DNA from: Candidatus Altimarinota bacterium
GTDB taxonomy: Bacteria; Patescibacteriota; Gracilibacteria; UBA1369; GCA-2718715
Length of the DNA stretch: 64,000 nt
NCBI GenBank assembly: GCA_041242255.1
Contig: JBESAV010000001.1
Coordinates: 32,001 to 96,000, forward strand
Direction: 5' to 3'
The notes below the pieces were generated by a model. That model had not been told where the DNA came from and did no database searches. It worked only from the letters and a program-made list of their open reading frames with translations. This document shows, one piece after another, positions 59,180-64,000 of the stretch. A program made the translations under genes and the position numbers. How positions within the stretch are numbered: position 1 is the stretch's first letter; each line of letters opens with the position of its first letter.

Positions 59180-60112
59180 TTATCTCTTAAATGAACTTAA
59201 AATAAATTCCGCATAGCATTGAGCATATTTCTTAACTTTCTCTTCATCTAAAGGATAATAGTCGGCTGCATTAAAACTAGCTGCTTTCTGATCCGTAGCT
59301 AAATAATCACGTCTAATTTCCAAAGCTATTGATTTTTTAACACTCGATAAAAGAAAAGTCGCAGTATGTTTATAATTTACAAAATAAGACCTATTCAAAC
59401 CTAACGGTATACCAAACTTCAAGTAACTTTGTCTCAGTCTCTTTTCAAGAAATCCTGACCTCAAAACTGTTCCATCTTTCATTTCCCCTAAAAGAATATT
59501 TTCACGCAAGTTATTACTTTTATTTGTTTGTGCGTCGATGTATTTCTGAAGATTCTCGAAATCTTTTACTCCTCGATCAGGATTATCTTCTTTAGGTTTA
59601 TTAGGTGAACCTTTATGCATACTATGGGGTATAAATAAAACACCATTATCCTTGAGCATATTCGGAATCTGCAAAACACTATTGGTTAACTCTAAATGTC
59701 TGCCAACCAACTTACTTAAAATAATTGGTTCTTCAGAATAATTTAAAATACTAGCTATCCCCTCTCCCACTGAAGGTTTTATTCTATTACAATCAATAAT
59801 ACCTCTGTGTTGTTGCACTCGGATCAAAGCACCTTTACCCTCAAAGTCACCCAATATATTGACTAACTCATCAGTAACTTCTTGAATACCAACGTCATTT
59901 TTCATCTTTAGATATTCATAAAAAGTTAATTCGTCGTTATATTTCTTAACAACTTCCAAAAATTCTTCTGTCAAAAGCTCATCACCCATAAAATTGTCAT
60001 CATGATAACCATGTTGATCCAAAATTATTAAATCATATTTAGAGTTATTACCTACTTTTTTTCCAAATTCCCACTTAAACATATAACTAGTTATATGTTT
60101 CATTTTAAACAT
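59180..60112 (-). CDS. N-formylglutamate amidohydrolase-like protein
   Basis: HG..., D.G, RGIIDCNR, HSM, LEIRRD pattern. Confidence 0.55.
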   Translation of the reverse strand: MFKMKHITSYMFKWEFGKKVGNNSKYDLIILDQHGYHDDNFMGDELLTEEFLEVVKKYNDELTFYEYLKMKNDVGIQEVTDELVNILGDFEGKGALIRVQQHRGIIDCNRIKPSVGEGIASILNYSEEPIILSKLVGRHLELTNSVLQIPNMLKDNGVLFIPHSMHKGSPNKPKEDNPDRGVKDFENLQKYIDAQTNKSNNLRENILLGEMKDGTVLRSGFLEKRLRQSYLKFGIPLGLNRSYFVNYKHTATFLLSSVKKSIALEIRRDYLATDQKAASFNAADYYPLDEEKVKKYAQCYAEFILSSFKR

Positions 60113-60140
60113 AAACTTTAAAAAGTCATTTTGAATCTAC

Positions 60141-61247
60141 TCACCCCCTCCACAAAATCAATCCTCCAGCCATAACCTTCATCGCAACCAAAACCAAAAC
60201 CCCATACACGATCCCTACATCAAGACTCACACCTACCAAAGGATTGATAAACAACCCAAACAAAGCCGCAGAAAAACTAACAGAAGAAATCACAGTTGTC
60301 CTCAACTTCTTTGGGGATGTTTTCAAGATCCAAGCATCCCGTATATTCCTGTAAACATTCTCTGAAAAAGAAAAAATCATCAAAGCCAACACACACAGTA
60401 TTGGCTCCAAAACTAAGAGCAATCCACAAGAAATCACCTGAAGCAACAACGTTAAAATCATAGATTTTTTTATACCTAGTCCTTCTTCAATCTTATGTGC
60501 ATAAAATGATCCAATAATCGAAAACACCTTTGCACATGCATACACAATACTAATTATAGCCAAACTAATACCTGAAAAAGACAGTGCTGATTGAAAAATC
60601 AGTTCACCTCGATATGACATAAATGAAAAAAACAAAACAATAGGAATCATTGAGTAAGCATATTTCTTAATATCCACTTTGCTATGTTCAACCTCTAATT
60701 CATCATCCTCCTCTTCAACATTTCCTACAAGAAGCATAGCAATCAAACCCAGCACTAACGAAATCAACCCAATCAAAAACCCAAACTTCAGATCACTAAT
60801 CATAAGAACTCCACTAACTGTCAACATACCAATAATTGTAGAGGATTCGTCTACTATACTGAGCCTCCCTAAACTCTTAGTCATATTCCCCTCCTCTCCA
60901 ACTAGATCATGTAAAAAACTTTCCTGAGTTCCAGAAAAGAAGGCCAGTCCTAGATTAAAAAGAAACTGACTTATAGCAAACAACCAAAAAGAATCAGCAA
61001 AATAAAGAACTCCAAAACTTACAATCGACAGGATAAACGCTAAACAAATTGTAAATTTCTTCCCAACTTTATCGGCCATATAAGAGCTTGGCACCTCAGA
61101 CAATAATATAGTCACAACACCTATAGTTTGAATCAAACCAATTTCAGCAAAACTCAATCCAACCTGATTTTGCCACAACAACAAAGTCGGAATAATCAAA
61201 CCATAAGCAAAATGCTGTAAAAATACTGAAGAATAAAATAATTTCAT
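60141..61247 (-). CDS. MFS transporter
   Basis: EVPS...AD..GKK, G.AF.SG, R.TV.S motifs; multi-TM. Confidence 0.88.
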   Translation of the reverse strand: MKLFYSSVFLQHFAYGLIIPTLLLWQNQVGLSFAEIGLIQTIGVVTILLSEVPSSYMADKVGKKFTICLAFILSIVSFGVLYFADSFWLFAISQFLFNLGLAFFSGTQESFLHDLVGEEGNMTKSLGRLSIVDESSTIIGMLTVSGVLMISDLKFGFLIGLISLVLGLIAMLLVGNVEEEDDELEVEHSKVDIKKYAYSMIPIVLFFSFMSYRGELIFQSALSFSGISLAIISIVYACAKVFSIIGSFYAHKIEEGLGIKKSMILTLLLQVISCGLLLVLEPILCVLALMIFSFSENVYRNIRDAWILKTSPKKLRTTVISSVSFSAALFGLFINPLVGVSLDVGIVYGVLVLVAMKVMAGGLILWRG

Positions 61248-61256
61248 ATTTTCATC

Positions 61257-61685
61257 TTACAAGAACTTCACAAATATCAAACTATCCTGCCCCAAAATAT
61301 GTTTCTTCAACCTAGCCTCCACCTCAAAACCAATTCCCTTATAAAACTTCTCAGCTTCCCAACCAGCATTTGTCTCAAGCCAGATTTTCTTACAACTCTC
61401 CCTCTTGGCAACCTCCAAAACCTTATACATCAAAGCTCTCCCAACCCCTTGCCTCCTATACTTATGCCCAACCAATAAAGTCTCCACTTTCGCCAAATCA
61501 GCCTCGATCATCACCTCCACAATTCCCATAATACTACCTTCAGAATCCTCAGCTAAAAACCTATAAGTTCTCTTATCAAAATTTACCTTTCTCCCATAAT
61601 GTTCCAAATCAGCCAAAGGCCACTCCACACTTACAAAATCAGAAACCCTCTCATCATCTGGTTTAAATTCTATAATTCCAATCAT
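61257..61685 (-). CDS. GNAT acetyltransferase
   Basis: YRRQGVGRALM and A..FY...GF motifs. Confidence 0.92.
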   Translation of the reverse strand: MIGIIEFKPDDERVSDFVSVEWPLADLEHYGRKVNFDKRTYRFLAEDSEGSIMGIVEVMIEADLAKVETLLVGHKYRRQGVGRALMYKVLEVAKRESCKKIWLETNAGWEAEKFYKGIGFEVEARLKKHILGQDSLIFVKFL

Positions 61686-61746
61686 ACACTTAACATATCA
61701 GATAAAAATATATAGTATTCAAGTTCACACAGTAAATAAATTAAAA

Positions 61747-62619
61747 TTACTTAACCTTCTTTTCCGATTCTTCACAAACTAAATCTAATTCTTGTTCTTC
61801 CTGCTCAAAATCCAAAACTATATTATTAGGATTCTCAGTACCTAATCTATCAAGATCTAATTCTACATTCGCTGCAGAATAAAATTCACTCCTGTAATCA
61901 TCTTCCTCTAAAAGAGATCCAGATTTATAAACAACATTTCGCCTTAGCATATGAACTAATCTCTCTTCATTTTCCAAATAACTGTTTAAGTTTTCCACTT
62001 CTAAACTGTAAGGCTCAATAGAATTATCACCTTTCATAACATCCAACAACTTTATTCTTTCATTTATACCATCTCTAACTAACGCCAAACTATCATTTAC
62101 CACCTCATCTAAAATTTCTAACTTTTCATCAAAAGGTAAATCATTCTGTAAAGCTTTATCAATTGAAATTTTATCTTTATATAACTCATTAACTGAAACC
62201 ATGAGTGGAATAAGAACACATGTTCCAAAAATAACACCTAGACCATACTCAATAGAAAACAGGCAAGTAGCAATAGAAAATATTAAACCTAAAAAGATTA
62301 CCATTTCCGCCTTACTATCTATTTCTGAATAAAAAACTTTCAATTCACTCGGCAAATATTTTAACACAAACTTCCAATCTGAATTTTCCATATTACCATC
62401 CCTAAAGTAATCACTATACCTTTTACTATAATTTCCGCCTTCAACACTCCTAAAAAACCCTCTATTATCAATCGTTCTACCATCTTTAGTTCTGAATATT
62501 TGATGAGCCTTTTCTATCTTTGCTAACCTTAACTGGTCTTTGTATTCTTCAGCTATCTCATCTGCAAATGTATCAAACAAAATATTGTAATCCTCCATAC
62601 TTAAAATTAAACTTCTCAA
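61747..62619 (-). CDS. Hypothetical membrane protein
   Basis: Two central TM segments. Confidence 0.6.
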   Translation of the reverse strand: MRSLILSMEDYNILFDTFADEIAEEYKDQLRLAKIEKAHQIFRTKDGRTIDNRGFFRSVEGGNYSKRYSDYFRDGNMENSDWKFVLKYLPSELKVFYSEIDSKAEMVIFLGLIFSIATCLFSIEYGLGVIFGTCVLIPLMVSVNELYKDKISIDKALQNDLPFDEKLEILDEVVNDSLALVRDGINERIKLLDVMKGDNSIEPYSLEVENLNSYLENEERLVHMLRRNVVYKSGSLLEEDDYRSEFYSAANVELDLDRLGTENPNNIVLDFEQEEQELDLVCEESEKKVK

Positions 62620-62672
62620 AACATAAGCTCAAAAGAGAATTCTGTCAAGGTTACACATTCATGTGAATCTAT

Positions 62673-63560
62673 CTACCCCATCCCAACCAAAGTCTCAGCC
62701 AATACTCTATGACAATCCTTCACATGTGGTGCATCTTCTCTAATATCCAGCCCCACTGAATCATTCACCTCAATCAATCTTATTCCTTTAGGTGTATTCG
62801 CAAAATCAAAAGCCAGATTCCGATTCTCTGCCTTTTCGGCAAATATCTTCCGATCTATCTCCTTCGCCATATCCACAAATCTTTCAGGAGTATCATCAGG
62901 GTGCAAAACCTCCATATCTCCACCTAAAGCAAAATTAGCCACTAACTTTCCAGGCTTCGGAGTACGAAGCAAAGTCGAAACATGAATCCCATTATTCAAA
63001 GTTATCCTAAAATCATGAATACCATCCACGATTCCCTTAATCCCAACTGAACTATCCAAAAAGTCCTGAACAATATACCCCTTCTCAATATCTTCAGGCA
63101 CTTGCTCCATCAACTTATCTCTCTTCCTAATCACAACACCTCGACCACAAGCCCCAACATTAGGCTTCACCACAACCATTTCATCACTATTATATTTCTT
63201 CAAATTAGCCAAATAATCCTCCACAGTATCAACCACCACCGAATCCGGAGTAATCTCAGGCAAAGCCTCATATGTCTTCTTCTTTCCTTTCACAAATTCT
63301 TGCACAGACAAACTATTCAAAGCTGGCACATCATCGTACGGAAAAGCCCCTTTGTTATAGACTGCATCCGCCTTCACCTTCCCAACCTTAATCAAATCCA
63401 TATTCTCATTGAAAGTATAAGTATTCCTAAACCAACCATTACCAGCATAATTGGACTTATGACGCGCAATAAAGAAATTCGCCCCAGCATCCCAAACCTC
63501 CTCGCAAAGCTCTCTATACGCAGTCAAATAATACTTACTATGAAAAGGATAGCCAAACAC
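62673..63560 (-). CDS. RimK-like ATP-grasp ligase (paralog of 47750-48655)
   Basis: KP..G..G.GV, VQDFLDSS.GI..IVDG.HDFR, ANFA.GG, EVNDSVG; true start probably further upstream. Confidence 0.85.
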   Translation of the reverse strand: MFGYPFHSKYYLTAYRELCEEVWDAGANFFIARHKSNYAGNGWFRNTYTFNENMDLIKVGKVKADAVYNKGAFPYDDVPALNSLSVQEFVKGKKKTYEALPEITPDSVVVDTVEDYLANLKKYNSDEMVVVKPNVGACGRGVVIRKRDKLMEQVPEDIEKGYIVQDFLDSSVGIKGIVDGIHDFRITLNNGIHVSTLLRTPKPGKLVANFALGGDMEVLHPDDTPERFVDMAKEIDRKIFAEKAENRNLAFDFANTPKGIRLIEVNDSVGLDIREDAPHVKDCHRVLAETLVGMG

Positions 63561-63713
63561 ACCTTTTCGCTTGAAAAAGACAACAACATTCTTCTTAAAT
63601 ATAATAAACTTGTTTAAATTTTTTCACACTATAACACATTTACCCATTTAATCAAAAATCATCAATAAAAGAATAATGTATATACTCAATTCTTTTATTT
63701 TAAAAACAATAAA

Positions 63714-63986
63714 TCACACCTCAGCTTTCTCACTTTTCTTAACAAAAGCCCAATAAAACCCATAACCTAAACTTCCATAAGTAAAAATCCCAAAAACAAA
63801 CATAGCACCTTCCCATGTCAAAAAATCTAGCAAATAAATCACTTCATTTCTTAAGTAAGCAAATGGATAATACGTATATAAACCATCAACCAGCGCCATC
63901 ATTGCAATCGGTGGATAACTCAAAATCTCAAACAAACCCTCCCCCGACGAAAATACCAATATAAACATACAGATAACCAAAGGCAT
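63714..63986 (-). CDS. Hypothetical membrane protein (5' end possibly beyond window)
   Basis: Hydrophobic ORF at the window edge. Confidence 0.5.
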   Translation of the reverse strand: MPLVICMFILVFSSGEGLFEILSYPPIAMMALVDGLYTYYPFAYLRNEVIYLLDFLTWEGAMFVFGIFTYGSLGYGFYWAFVKKSEKAEV

Positions 63987-64000
63987 ATATATAAAAGTTG

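Noticed and set aside
1-64000. Alternative genetic code 25 (UGA=Gly, as in Gracilibacteria)
   Set aside because: Long Gly-rich genes such as typA and PMM are intact under code 11, and TGA serves as a normal stop (for example the ATGA overlap at 48652-48655).

Overview
This is a 64 kb bacterial chromosomal segment in standard genetic code 11, AT-rich and strongly C/A-skewed on the + strand. The gene content (several SLH-domain surface proteins, many orphan lipoproteins, few biosynthetic genes, tRNA-Arg(TCG)) suggests a Patescibacteria/CPR genome, probably Peregrinibacteria-like; this is inference. Housekeeping genes include the nrdA 3' end, rpe, an rpiB-like gene, PMM/PGM, smpB, a TrmH-family methylase, msrA/msrB, mscS, rpmB and typA, plus tRNA-Arg, tRNA-Ser and a probable 6S RNA. 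Main highlight: a ~7.45 kb tyrosine-recombinase element (51049-58504) has inserted into the anticodon loop of the host tRNA-Thr(GGT), leaving it split in two. Instead of the usual repair fragment it carries a complete, sequence-divergent tRNA-Thr(GGT) next to the integrase. It also holds a second recombinase, a ~200-bp-period repeat array with palindromic boxes, a compact pseudoknot-capable RNA and an ATPase + PIN-like pair. Second highlight: an operon of two twin-arginine, Cys-repeat (ExC) proteins coupled to a SunS-like GT2 glycosyltransferase, a DUF4012-like protein and an O-antigen-ligase-like protein. Third highlight: an OvoA-like sulfoxide synthase coupled to an ATP-grasp ligase. Family assignments were made by eye from motifs; no database searches were run.
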